Source: Verrucomicrobiota bacterium (GTDB lineage Bacteria; Verrucomicrobiota; Verrucomicrobiia; Limisphaerales; CANJSG01). Taken from it: a stretch of DNA of 64,000 nt. Location: positions 19,176 to 83,175 of the forward strand of contig JBBQXJ010000006.1 in assembly GCA_038209745.1 (NCBI GenBank), given 5' to 3'. The notes beneath the pieces were generated by a model. That model was not told where the DNA came from, made no database searches, and was given only the letters and a program-made list of their open reading frames with translations. Made by a program: the position numbers and the translations under genes. This document shows positions 1-9,473 of the stretch, piece by piece; the first letter of the stretch is position 1; every line of letters begins with the position of its first letter.

Positions 1-11
1 ATCTCCGGGCT

Positions 12-572
12 TCAACCGGCCAGGTCTTCGGGTGAATTGAGGTTTCGGAACAACGCCCGCTCCGCGTCCGTCACTGCGATCCGTTGAACGATCCCGGCAG
101 CCTCCGCCCATCCGCAAAGGCTCTGGAGCGATCGGTCCACCCCCAGCAATCGCCGCTGAACTTCCTCCGACAACCGCTTCGGATAGACCGCCGCCATTGG
201 CTCGTAGAATCCGTCAACCCACGGCACAGCCCCTGTGTCGTCGGCGGCGGCCAAGAGCCGGCCACGCAAGAACCCCTCGGTCATCACCGGAAGATCGACG
301 GCCAGGACCAGAACCAACGGACCTTTTGATCCCTCCAACGCCCGGGCCAATCCCGCAAGCGGCCCAAGTCCCGGTGCCGGGTCCACCAGCACCGTCTCGT
401 CCGGAAACAACTGGCCTTTCCGAGCGCACACGAAAATCTCGTCGGCCCCCGTCGCCCGCAGGGTCTCCATCTGGTGCCGCCACAGTGGCCGTCCTTTCCA
501 ATCGAGGAACGCCTTGTCCGTGCCCATGCGCGAAGACCGTCCTCCGACGATGAGCGCGGCGGAGAAGCTCAT
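12..572 (-). CDS. mobA: Molybdenum cofactor guanylyltransferase
   Basis: N-terminal LIVGGRSSRMGTDKA, GPLAGL, AVDLP, EPMAAVY and C-terminal NLNSPED match the MobA NTP-transferase pattern. Confidence 0.9.
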   Translation of the reverse strand: MSFSAALIVGGRSSRMGTDKAFLDWKGRPLWRHQMETLRATGADEIFVCARKGQLFPDETVLVDPAPGLGPLAGLARALEGSKGPLVLVLAVDLPVMTEGFLRGRLLAAADDTGAVPWVDGFYEPMAAVYPKRLSEEVQRRLLGVDRSLQSLCGWAEAAGIVQRIAVTDAERALFRNLNSPEDLAG

Positions 573-614
573 GGCGCGACCCGGATCCGTCGTTGGCCCG
601 CCGTGATTCCACGG

Positions 615-1550
615 TTATTTCCGCCCAAAATGCTCATAGCCGCCGGCTCCCAGTTCCCAGACGCCGCGTTGATCGCGCAACCTCAGTCCCGGCTCGGCCA
701 TGATCTTGCCGACGCAGGTCAGCGGCAGACCCGGAAACGCCGCCCGGAACCCGTCCATGATCTCGACCGCATCGGAACTCGCCACGGTGAAAACGAGTTC
801 GAAGTCCTCTCCGTCCGTCAGCGCCGCCAGGAGGGGTGGCACCGCGCTCGCGTCCGCCCGTGCCACGATCTTGGCCGCGCGGCTGACGGGGATGACCTTC
901 GACAAAAGCTCCGCGCCCACACCGCTCGCTTTGAGGATGTGGCGCAGATCACCGGCGAGACCGTCGCTCAGGTCTATCATGGCGTGGACGATCCCCTGCT
1001 CCGCCAGCCAAGCGCCCTCGGCCAAACGCGGCTCGAAGTCGAGATGCTTGCCCTCCAGCGATCCACCCAGCTCGCCGGTAACGAAGATGGCGTCGCCGAC
1101 CTTGGCGCCCGACCGCAGCACCGCCCGTCCCTTGGGCACGGTTCCCAGCATCGCGATCGAGAGCAGCAGCCCGCCCGGATTGGTGGTGGTTTCTCCGCCG
1201 CTGATCGCGACGCCGTGCGCCTCTGCCAGAGCCCTCAGCCCGGTGTAGATTCCGTCGATCCGAGCAACGTCGTAGTCCTTCGGCAGGGCGAGGGTGATCA
1301 ACGCGGAGACCGGTTTCCCACCCATCGCCGCGATGTCGCTGAGGCACCGCGCCAAGGCCTTGCGACCCACGCGTTCGGCTTCGTTGGCGGGCGTGAAATG
1401 GACGCCTTCCACCACCGCGTCGGTCTTGAAGAGGAGGTCGAGATCGCCCCCCAGATGGAGCACGGCGCAATCGTCCCCCGGCCCGACGGTGACGGCCGGG
1501 TGGGACGGAAGGTTCTGGGTCAGGCGGGCGATCAGCTCGAATTCGTTCAT
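615..1550 (-). CDS. thiL: Thiamine-monophosphate kinase
   Basis: MNEFELI start, [33 protein letters not shown] and terminal GYEHF. Confidence 0.95.
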   Translation of the reverse strand: MNEFELIARLTQNLPSHPAVTVGPGDDCAVLHLGGDLDLLFKTDAVVEGVHFTPANEAERVGRKALARCLSDIAAMGGKPVSALITLALPKDYDVARIDGIYTGLRALAEAHGVAISGGETTTNPGGLLLSIAMLGTVPKGRAVLRSGAKVGDAIFVTGELGGSLEGKHLDFEPRLAEGAWLAEQGIVHAMIDLSDGLAGDLRHILKASGVGAELLSKVIPVSRAAKIVARADASAVPPLLAALTDGEDFELVFTVASSDAVEIMDGFRAAFPGLPLTCVGKIMAEPGLRLRDQRGVWELGAGGYEHFGRK

Positions 1551-1561
1551 GCGGCGACGGA

Positions 1562-2383
1562 TCAGGTAAGGGACTCAAGCCACCGGGCCAGCGGCTCCTG
1601 GTAGACAATGGCGAGGAGGTTGATGAGGTTGAAGAACGCGTGGGTAAAAATGGGAAGCAGCAGATTGCCCGACCGTTGGTAGAGCCACGCGAGCAGGGCG
1701 CCGAACAGCGTCAACGGCACCAGGGCCAACAGATTGAAATGGATCACGCCAAACAAAAGCGCGGACCCCCACAGAGCCAGACGCGGCCGTCCCCGGTCCC
1801 GGATCCACCGGTAGAGAATCCCGCGAAACATCAGTTCTTCGATCACCGGCGCCAAGGCGACCGCCAGGATTCCGAGGGCGACGCTCTGCCAGACGGGGGT
1901 CGCCTTTTCCTGGATCGCCAACACGGTGCTTTGCAGTTCGGGTTTGATCGCTTCCTTCAAGATCCCCCAGTCGACGAGCAGCTTCGACATCGTCGGCAGC
2001 GCCCACAGCATCAGGTTCTGGAGACCCCATGCGACCGGCAGGAAGGCGATACATGCGACGAACCCGAGCAGCGCCATGCGGATCGGTTTGCCCAGCCCGA
2101 ATCCCTCCCTCCATCCGACTCCATGCCACTTCAAGAAATAGCGGAAGCAGACCAGCCCGCCGATCTGGAGCCCGAAGAACGTGCCGGCGATCTGGAGGAC
2201 GAACTGTTCGTCGGGACTCTTCGGTTCGAAGGCCCAGACGAAGCGGCTCAGCAACTGGCCGACCAGGCTGGCGGTGAACAGGCACGTGGCAACCGCCACC
2301 ACGAGGGTGACCACATGATAGGATTTCCAGACGGGCTGGTTCGGCACGGGGCGGACTTTCGGTGGGAGGAAGGCGAACTTCAA
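1562..2383 (-). CDS. CPBP (CAAX/Abi) family intramembrane metalloprotease
   Basis: Multiple TM segments with EELMFRG, FGVIH and HAFFN motifs. The TTG start is uncertain. Confidence 0.85.
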   Translation of the reverse strand: MKFAFLPPKVRPVPNQPVWKSYHVVTLVVAVATCLFTASLVGQLLSRFVWAFEPKSPDEQFVLQIAGTFFGLQIGGLVCFRYFLKWHGVGWREGFGLGKPIRMALLGFVACIAFLPVAWGLQNLMLWALPTMSKLLVDWGILKEAIKPELQSTVLAIQEKATPVWQSVALGILAVALAPVIEELMFRGILYRWIRDRGRPRLALWGSALLFGVIHFNLLALVPLTLFGALLAWLYQRSGNLLLPIFTHAFFNLINLLAIVYQEPLARWLESLT

Positions 2384-2489
2384 CCGCGCAGAGACCCAGC
2401 GGGGACTGGTCAGCGAAAATATCGGGACCCCTTGAACCTAGAATCTTCAGCGCACGGGGCCCCGGTTGCGGCGCCTTCGGCCAAGGAGC

Positions 2490-5400
2490 TCACTCGATAA
2501 AAGCCAGTTCGTTGGAGAGCAGCAGGACTTGGGCGAGTTGTTCAAGTCGCGTCATGTTCTTCACGTCGGGCACCGGTTGCCCGAAATCGCCGCGAGCGCT
2601 CCATTCCAGTTTCACGGGAGGCGCCGACTCCGCCGCAGTGACCACGATCTCCGGGGCCCAGTCGAAACTGTCCCAGCCGTCGTTCGCCACGCAGTCCACC
2701 GCGAAATCAATGGTTTCTCCGGCCAAAACCGCGACGCCGTCCAGCTTGAGCTCCCCCTCGCCGTGGTGCACCGACGCCTCCGCCAAGACGCCCTGCGAGC
2801 TCGAGACGATCCGGCCCCGGACACCGTCGCCTTCCTCCGCCGGGTGCTTCAGCCGCCCGCGGACCTGGATCGTCCCATCGACCGGAGAAACCCAGCGACG
2901 GATCGCCGCCAGTCCCGGGCGAGGTCCCGGATGCCCGCCCTGCGCCGTGATGCTCAGATAGGAAAAGTCCGGCGCCGGAAACTCCTTGGTCGGGCCGAAG
3001 TGTCCGTCCTTCTTGATCGTCATCGGCGTGAATCCCCGGATACGCCCCTGGTCGGCGTCGAAATCACCATAGCCCGCCTGCCATCCATAGTCCTTCGGCA
3101 CCGCGTGCTCCCCGCGTTTCGGTGTTTCGAGGAACTTCATCGCCATCGCCAGCTCGTCCCGTTCCGGCGCACGCTGATAGAGGACGCGATACAATGCGCG
3201 CACGCGATCCTTGTCGGACTTCGGGGTCGCCACTTCGGGCCGGGCCGCGAGGGCGCGGGACTGCTCCTGCACGAAATCGCTGTTCATCATGAAGAGCGCC
3301 TGCTGCGGAACGGTCGTGGCGAATCGTTGCGGACTGCTGACGTCGGGATTGGGCAGATCGAAGGTGCGGAAGATGGCGGGCAGATTCTGGCGATCGATGA
3401 AGGCGTAGACCGTGCGCCGGGTGCTGAACGGTTGCACCGTGATGTCGTCCGGCAATCCACCAGCTTTGGGATCCAACGTTCCGGCCACGGCCAGGAGCGA
3501 GTCCCGCATCGCCTCGAACTCCATCCGATGCCGGTTGAAATGTCCGAGCAACCGGCCATCCGGATCGGCCTCCAGAAGTCCCGGGGATCCATTGGCCGAT
3601 TCACGATAGGTCGCCGACAAGACGATCCGGCGATGCAGATGTTTCACCGACCAGCCGTGCGCGATGAAGTCGGACGCGAGCCAGTTCAGGAGGTCCAGTT
3701 GCACCGGCGCCTCGGTGCGGACCCCGAAGTCGCTCGGAGTGCGGACGAGCGCCTGGCCGAAATGCCAACCCCAAACGCGGTTCACGAACACCCGGGCCGT
3801 CAGCGGATTGTCCGGACTGGCGATGGCGCGGGCCAATTCCAAACGGCCGCTGCCATCGCTGAACGGCTTCCGGTCCGGCCCGGCGAGCACGATCGGGAAC
3901 CGGCGCGGCGCCTCCTTGCCCTGGCTGGCGGGATTGCCGCGGAGGAAGATGTGGGAGTTGTGCGGCTGATCGCGGTCCACCATCGCCATGGCGCGGAGCG
4001 GCGCCCCGGCACTGGTCCAGTCCAGCGCCTCGATCTCGCGCTTCATACCGGAGACCTTGTCGCTGATCTGGCGGCCTATGATCCGCTCGCCTTCCTCACG
4101 GGCGAGATTCGCGGGGCGGCCATCGGCATGGATCAGCTGGCGCAGTTCTTCGCGATCCGCGTCGGCCAGTTGCTTCGGCGCCTCGGCCTTGGCCTTCTGC
4201 GCTTCGGCCAACGCCTCGCGCCATGCCTTGTCGGTCTCGGCCAACAGGCGGTTGTAGATGCCGGCCACCTCTTGGATCGAGGCGGGCGAATTGGTGAAGG
4301 CCCGGGCGACGAACGGATTCAACGGTTTGTCCTTTTCGGCGTTGGCTGCGAACCGGGCGGAGAGCTCTTTCGCTTTTTCGGCGAATCCATCCGCCGGCAG
4401 GGCGGCGAACGCGAACCAGGGCGCCAACACCGGATCGTGCTGTTTGGCGCGCTGGTCGAGAAAGGGCTGCCAGCGCCGCAGGACGGTCGCGTCGACCTTC
4501 CGCTCGCCGGCGAAGACGTCGAACTTGTCGTCTTTCCCCAGCGTGGCCGCATCCCGTGCGGCCAGAAGATAGTCGCCGGTTTTCTCGCGGTCCTGGTTCA
4601 GGAAGTCGGCGACCAGCTCTTCTTTCTTTCGCTCGATCCGTTCTTCGATCTTGGCGCGTTTCTTGAGGAATTCCTGATAGTCCGGCGAATCGACCAGCGG
4701 CTTCAGCAGCGGCTTTTCCCCGGGTTCCTCCGATGACGCGAAGACGCCATGGAGCGAGTAGTAGTCCTCGGTCGGCACGGGATCGAACTTGTGGTCGTGG
4801 CAACGCGCGCAGGTCACGGTCAGCCCCATCAGTCCGCGCGTCACCACGTCGATCCGGTCGTCGATGATGTCGTTCTGGTTGTTCAGAAACCGGCGGCCCA
4901 GCGTCAGGAAACCCATCGCCGCGAGGGCCGACTTGTCGTCGCCCTTCACGATGCGGTCCGCTGCGAGTTGCTCGACGATGAACTGGTCGTAGGGCTTGTC
5001 CTGGTTGAAGGCCTGGATCACATAGTCGCGGTAGGTATGGGAAAAGGCGTAGCGGCGTTCTTCGTTGCCGGCGAGGTAGCCCTTGGTGTCGGAGTAGCGG
5101 GCGACATCCAGCCAGAAGCGGCCCCAGCGTTCGCCGTAGCGCGGCGAGGCCAACATTCGATCGACGGCCTGTTCATAGGCGTCGACGGAACGGTCCTTCT
5201 CGAAGGATTCGACTTCCTCAGGGGTGGGCGGCAATCCGGTCAGATCGACGGAGAGCCGGCGCAGGAGGGTCCGCTTGTCCGCTTCAGGGGCGGGTTTGAG
5301 CCGTTGCTTCTCCAGCTTGGACAGGACGAAGGAATCGACCGGCGACTGAACCCATTTCGAGTTCTTTACCGGCGGAATCACGGGTTGGACCAAGGCCTGG

Positions 5401-5873
5401 TAGGCCCAGTGCTCTTGCCGAGCACGGGCCACATCCTGCGCGGGCGCCCTCGGCGCGCCGACGCGAGGATCGGGCGCACCCATTTTCACCCAGGCTTCGA
5501 GCGCCGCGATCTTGTCGGCGGAGAGTTTGCCCCCTTCCTTTTTGGGCGGCATCGCCAGGTCTTCGTCGCCGTAGCGGACCGCCTGGATGAGGACGCTCTT
5601 GTCGGGATCGCCGGCCACGAGCACCACGCCGTTCTCGCCGCCCTTGAGCAGTCCGTCGCGGGAATCGAGGACGAGGCTGCCCTTGGACTTGCCGGATTCG
5701 ACGCTGTGGCACTTGTAGCAGGACTCGACCAGGATCGGCCGGACCTTGGACTCGAAGAATTCAACCTGGTCGGGGGGAAGATCGGCGGCCTGCGTGGCGA
5801 GAAGACCGAAGAACAGAACGACGGCCCCCATGATCCTTCTCGCACTCGACCTCGTTCTGCTTCTCGGATCCAT
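2490..5873 (-). CDS. Planctomycete cytochrome-c / PSD1 (DUF1549-DUF1553) domain protein
   Basis: Signal peptide, FFESKVRPIL..CYKCH, YGERWGRFWLDVARY, CARCHDHKFDP, PLTARVFVNRVW, PQQALFMMN. Start trimmed to ATG 5873; 5831 is an alternative. Confidence 0.9.
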   Translation of the reverse strand: MDPRSRTRSSARRIMGAVVLFFGLLATQAADLPPDQVEFFESKVRPILVESCYKCHSVESGKSKGSLVLDSRDGLLKGGENGVVLVAGDPDKSVLIQAVRYGDEDLAMPPKKEGGKLSADKIAALEAWVKMGAPDPRVGAPRAPAQDVARARQEHWAYQALVQPVIPPVKNSKWVQSPVDSFVLSKLEKQRLKPAPEADKRTLLRRLSVDLTGLPPTPEEVESFEKDRSVDAYEQAVDRMLASPRYGERWGRFWLDVARYSDTKGYLAGNEERRYAFSHTYRDYVIQAFNQDKPYDQFIVEQLAADRIVKGDDKSALAAMGFLTLGRRFLNNQNDIIDDRIDVVTRGLMGLTVTCARCHDHKFDPVPTEDYYSLHGVFASSEEPGEKPLLKPLVDSPDYQEFLKKRAKIEERIERKKEELVADFLNQDREKTGDYLLAARDAATLGKDDKFDVFAGERKVDATVLRRWQPFLDQRAKQHDPVLAPWFAFAALPADGFAEKAKELSARFAANAEKDKPLNPFVARAFTNSPASIQEVAGIYNRLLAETDKAWREALAEAQKAKAEAPKQLADADREELRQLIHADGRPANLAREEGERIIGRQISDKVSGMKREIEALDWTSAGAPLRAMAMVDRDQPHNSHIFLRGNPASQGKEAPRRFPIVLAGPDRKPFSDGSGRLELARAIASPDNPLTARVFVNRVWGWHFGQALVRTPSDFGVRTEAPVQLDLLNWLASDFIAHGWSVKHLHRRIVLSATYRESANGSPGLLEADPDGRLLGHFNRHRMEFEAMRDSLLAVAGTLDPKAGGLPDDITVQPFSTRRTVYAFIDRQNLPAIFRTFDLPNPDVSSPQRFATTVPQQALFMMNSDFVQEQSRALAARPEVATPKSDKDRVRALYRVLYQRAPERDELAMAMKFLETPKRGEHAVPKDYGWQAGYGDFDADQGRIRGFTPMTIKKDGHFGPTKEFPAPDFSYLSITAQGGHPGPRPGLAAIRRWVSPVDGTIQVRGRLKHPAEEGDGVRGRIVSSSQGVLAEASVHHGEGELKLDGVAVLAGETIDFAVDCVANDGWDSFDWAPEIVVTAAESAPPVKLEWSARGDFGQPVPDVKNMTRLEQLAQVLLLSNELAFIE

Positions 5874-5929
5874 CTTCCCGTTCGCGAACGAGAAAGAGGA
5901 GCTACCCCGCTGAATGACTGGCTCGCTCT

Positions 5930-7366
5930 TCACGCGATCAATTCCTTCACCACGTGTCCGTGGACATCCGTCAGGCGGAAATCCCGCCCGGCGAAGCGGT
6001 AGGTCAGCTTCTCGTGGTCGAAGCCCATCAGCGCGAGAATCGTCGCGTGCAGATCGTGGATATGGACGGGCTTTTCCACCGTCTTGAACCCGAAGTCGTC
6101 CGTCGCGCCGTGGACGTAGCCGCCCTTCACCCCGCCGCCGGCCATCCACATGCTGAATCCGTAATGGTTGTGGTCGCGGCCGTTCACCTTGCCGGCGTTT
6201 GCGCCCGGAGTGGGCAGTTCAACGACCGGCGTGCGGCCAAACTCGCCGCCCCAGATGACAAGCGTGTCTTCGAGCATGCCGCGCTGTTTGAGATCCTTGA
6301 GCAGGGCCCCGATCGCCTGGTCGCTCTCGCGCGCCAACCGACGATGCCCGTCCTCGATGTCGTCGTGATTGTCCCACGGCTGGCCGTCCCCGTGCCAGAG
6401 CTGGACGAAACGGACGCCCTTTTCGACCAGTCGGCGCGCGATCAGGCATTGCCGACCCTGCGTGGTGTCGCCGTAGAGGCTTCGGATCGACTCGGGCTCC
6501 CGCTTGATGTCGAAGGCGTCGGTCGCCTCCATCTGCATGCGGTAGGCCAGCTCGAAGGATTGGATCCTAGCCTCCAGTTGGGCGTCCTTCTGCGAACGCT
6601 CGGCGTGGCGGAGGTTGAGCTTCTGGAGCAGGTCGAGCTGGGCGCGCTGGTTCTTCTGCGAAACCTGGTTGTTCCGGATGTGCTCGATGAGCTGGTCGAC
6701 ATCCGTGTGGGACGAATTGATGTAGGTGCCCTGGTAGATGCCGGGGAGAAAGGCGCTCTGCCAGTTCTGCGATTCCTGGATGGGGTAGCCGCCCGGACAC
6801 ATGGCGATGAAGCCTGGGAGATTCTGGTTCTCGCTGCCCAGGCCGTAGTTGATCCACGACCCCATACTCGGCCGCGGCAGCCGGGCATCCCCGCAGTTCA
6901 TCAACATCAAAGACGGCTCGTGGTTCGGCACATCGGCGTGCATCGACCGGATAACCGCGATCTCGTCGATGCTTTCCGCGACGTGCGGGAACAGCTCGCT
7001 GACCTCGATGCCGCTTTTGCCGTAGGGCTTGAAGCTGAAGGGCGATTTGAAGGCGGCCCCGGTTCTCCGCTCCGTCCGCAGATCCAGTGGAATGGCTTGG
7101 CCGTGGCGTTTGGTCAGCTCCGGCTTGGGATCGAAGGTGTCCACCTGCGACGGTCCACCATTGGCGAAGATGTGGATGATGCGTTTGGCCTTGGCCGGGA
7201 AAGGCGGCGCTTTCGGAGCCAGCGGGGAATTCAGGACCGAGTTATCGGCCAGCAACTGCGGTCCGACCATGGACGCCAACCCCAGCGCCCCAAAGCCGAT
7301 GCCGCAGCGATTCAGAAAATCCCTGCGGGTCAGGAACCGGTCTTCCAGTCGGGGCTTGTGGTGCAT
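5930..7366 (-). CDS. DUF1501 family protein (Tat-exported, sulfatase-like fold)
   Basis: TRRDFL twin-arginine motif, GGPSQVDTFDPKP, GEFGRTP, GRDH, C-terminal RDFRLTDVHG. Typical partner of PSD1 proteins. Confidence 0.92.
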   Translation of the reverse strand: MHHKPRLEDRFLTRRDFLNRCGIGFGALGLASMVGPQLLADNSVLNSPLAPKAPPFPAKAKRIIHIFANGGPSQVDTFDPKPELTKRHGQAIPLDLRTERRTGAAFKSPFSFKPYGKSGIEVSELFPHVAESIDEIAVIRSMHADVPNHEPSLMLMNCGDARLPRPSMGSWINYGLGSENQNLPGFIAMCPGGYPIQESQNWQSAFLPGIYQGTYINSSHTDVDQLIEHIRNNQVSQKNQRAQLDLLQKLNLRHAERSQKDAQLEARIQSFELAYRMQMEATDAFDIKREPESIRSLYGDTTQGRQCLIARRLVEKGVRFVQLWHGDGQPWDNHDDIEDGHRRLARESDQAIGALLKDLKQRGMLEDTLVIWGGEFGRTPVVELPTPGANAGKVNGRDHNHYGFSMWMAGGGVKGGYVHGATDDFGFKTVEKPVHIHDLHATILALMGFDHEKLTYRFAGRDFRLTDVHGHVVKELIA

Positions 7367-7496
7367 GGTGGAAAGAATGGCGCAACGTCGCTGCGACGAC
7401 AAGGGGTCCGACGCGGGCTCCATCGCGGGCCTTCAAACGGCGATCACCCATTTTTTTCGGCCCTCAGTCGACGCAATCGGAGCCAAACCTCCAGGT

Positions 7497-9302
7497 TTAA
7501 CGCGGTGCGACCCAATCCGGCGGAGGCGCGGTATATTCGACGCGATCTCCGCTGATCGGATGGGCCAGGCTGATCCGCCATGAATGCAGGCAAAGCGGGG
7601 CCGCACCGGGTCCAAGGGTTTGGGTGGTTCCGATCACGCCGCCCGGCAGGTAGGCCGGATCGCCGCAGACCGGGAAGCCCCGATGCCAGAGATGCACGCG
7701 GATCTGGTTCGTCCGCCCGGTGTAGGGTCGGGCTTCCAGCAACGCCGTGCCGTCGCTGAGCCGTTGCAGGACCCGGAAGCCGGTCTTCGACAGCAGCCCG
7801 TTTTCAACATCCACCTCGCGCGATCCGATTTCCCCGGCTTCGGCGCTGATCGGCGCGTCGCAGACGAATTCATCCTCCGGCGGATGTCCTTGGACCCGGA
7901 CGAGGTAGTGCTTCACCACCCCACCATCGGCGAACTGGGGCTGGACGATGGATGCGAATCGCCGGGTCTTGGTCAGAACGACCACGCCGGTGGTGTTGGC
8001 GTCCAGGCGATGGGCGGCCCGGAGCTTCTCGGGTCGATACGCGAGGTCCAAGACATGGCAGAGGGTGTTTCGGTTGAACCGGCCCCCGGCGTGCATCGGC
8101 AATGGCGCCGGTTTGACCACCACGACCAGCGCCTTGTCTTCGTGCAGGATGCGGATGTCGCCGTTCACCGGAGGCTCCACCACGTCCGGAAACTTGTGCC
8201 AATACCGTTCACCACGACGGACGACCCGGCTTCCCGCCACGGGCTGGAATTCCAGATCGACGATGAGGCCGCGGGCACATTCCCGTTCCCAATCCTCGGC
8301 CGGGACATGGCGGACCACCCGGCAGAACGCCTCCACGATCGTTCGGCCGTCGCAATCCTCGGGCACGGTGATGGGCCTGAAGTTGTCGTAAGGCATGCTG
8401 CCGGGGAGCGGGTGGGCCGCAGCGGCTATCGCTCGCTGTCGGCGCGCCAAGGTCTTGGCCAAGGTCTCGACCAAGGTCTCCTCCGGAGTCTTGAAACAGT
8501 GCGGACAGGACTTCCCCGCGACGAAGAGCCCGTCGCCCTGCTCCTCGAACGTCAGTGGCGTCAGACAAACAAAGCACTGTTCCGACGTCGTTTCCTGCAG
8601 GCCCGGATCGACGCCGACCCGTTGGTCAAAGACGAAACATTCACCGTCGTAGTGTGCCCCGCCGCATTCCTCGAAATATTTCAGGATGCCGCCTTCGAGC
8701 TGGTAGACCTTTTTAAAGCCTTCCCGCTCCATGAACGGTCCGGCTTTTTCGCAACGGATACCCCCCGTGCAGAACATCACGATGGGACGATCCTTCATTT
8801 CTTCAGGCAGCCTTTGGACCGCGTCCGGAAAGGCCCGGAACGTGTCCACGCCAATGGGGAGGGCGTTCTTGAAGGTGCCCAGCTTCACTTCGTAGTCGTT
8901 CCGCGTGTCGAGGAGCACGATCTCGCGTCCTTCGTCGAGCCACTGCTTCAACGTCTTGGCCGGCAGCTTCGGCGAGGTTTTGGTCCCGGGATCGATCCCC
9001 TCCACCCCGAAGGCGATGATCTCCTTTTTCATGCGGACAAGCATCCGGTTGAACGGCTGGTGGGTGCTTTCACTGGCCTTGACCGCCAGATCGGCCATCC
9101 CGGGGATGGCGCGCAAGGCGACCAGCAACTGGTCCACGGAATCCGGAGGCCCGGCCACGAAGAGGTTGATGCCCTCGGCGCTCAGCAGAATGGTGCCCTT
9201 CAACGCGGCGTCCCGGCACAGCGCCGCGAGTCGTTCACGAAGCGGAGCCAACTCGGTCAGCCGGACGAACCGGTAGCCGGCGATGTTGCGGATGGCGGTC
9301 AT
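7497..9302 (-). CDS. Fusion of TrhO/UPF0176 rhodanese-domain protein and RluA-family pseudouridine synthase
   Basis: N-half has EGIN, DTRNDYE, FCTGGIRCEKA, GGILKY and FVFDQR. C-half has KPAPL, HRLDANTTG, GRTNQIRVHL, GDPAY and LCLHS. Confidence 0.88.
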   Translation of the reverse strand: MTAIRNIAGYRFVRLTELAPLRERLAALCRDAALKGTILLSAEGINLFVAGPPDSVDQLLVALRAIPGMADLAVKASESTHQPFNRMLVRMKKEIIAFGVEGIDPGTKTSPKLPAKTLKQWLDEGREIVLLDTRNDYEVKLGTFKNALPIGVDTFRAFPDAVQRLPEEMKDRPIVMFCTGGIRCEKAGPFMEREGFKKVYQLEGGILKYFEECGGAHYDGECFVFDQRVGVDPGLQETTSEQCFVCLTPLTFEEQGDGLFVAGKSCPHCFKTPEETLVETLAKTLARRQRAIAAAAHPLPGSMPYDNFRPITVPEDCDGRTIVEAFCRVVRHVPAEDWERECARGLIVDLEFQPVAGSRVVRRGERYWHKFPDVVEPPVNGDIRILHEDKALVVVVKPAPLPMHAGGRFNRNTLCHVLDLAYRPEKLRAAHRLDANTTGVVVLTKTRRFASIVQPQFADGGVVKHYLVRVQGHPPEDEFVCDAPISAEAGEIGSREVDVENGLLSKTGFRVLQRLSDGTALLEARPYTGRTNQIRVHLWHRGFPVCGDPAYLPGGVIGTTQTLGPGAAPLCLHSWRISLAHPISGDRVEYTAPPPDWVAPR

Positions 9303-9473
9303 CGAAAGGCCGCAAAGGCTGCCCGGAACCGGGACCGACGCCAACCCCGGTTTTCAAAGGCGACCCTCCCGGTCGTCGAAACGACCTGCGGGCCGTTTTA
9401 AGGCTCCCACGTCCGGTTCCCAGAAAACATTCCAGCCCGGATCGGCTCGGGCCGATGGACCCTTGAGCCAAAC

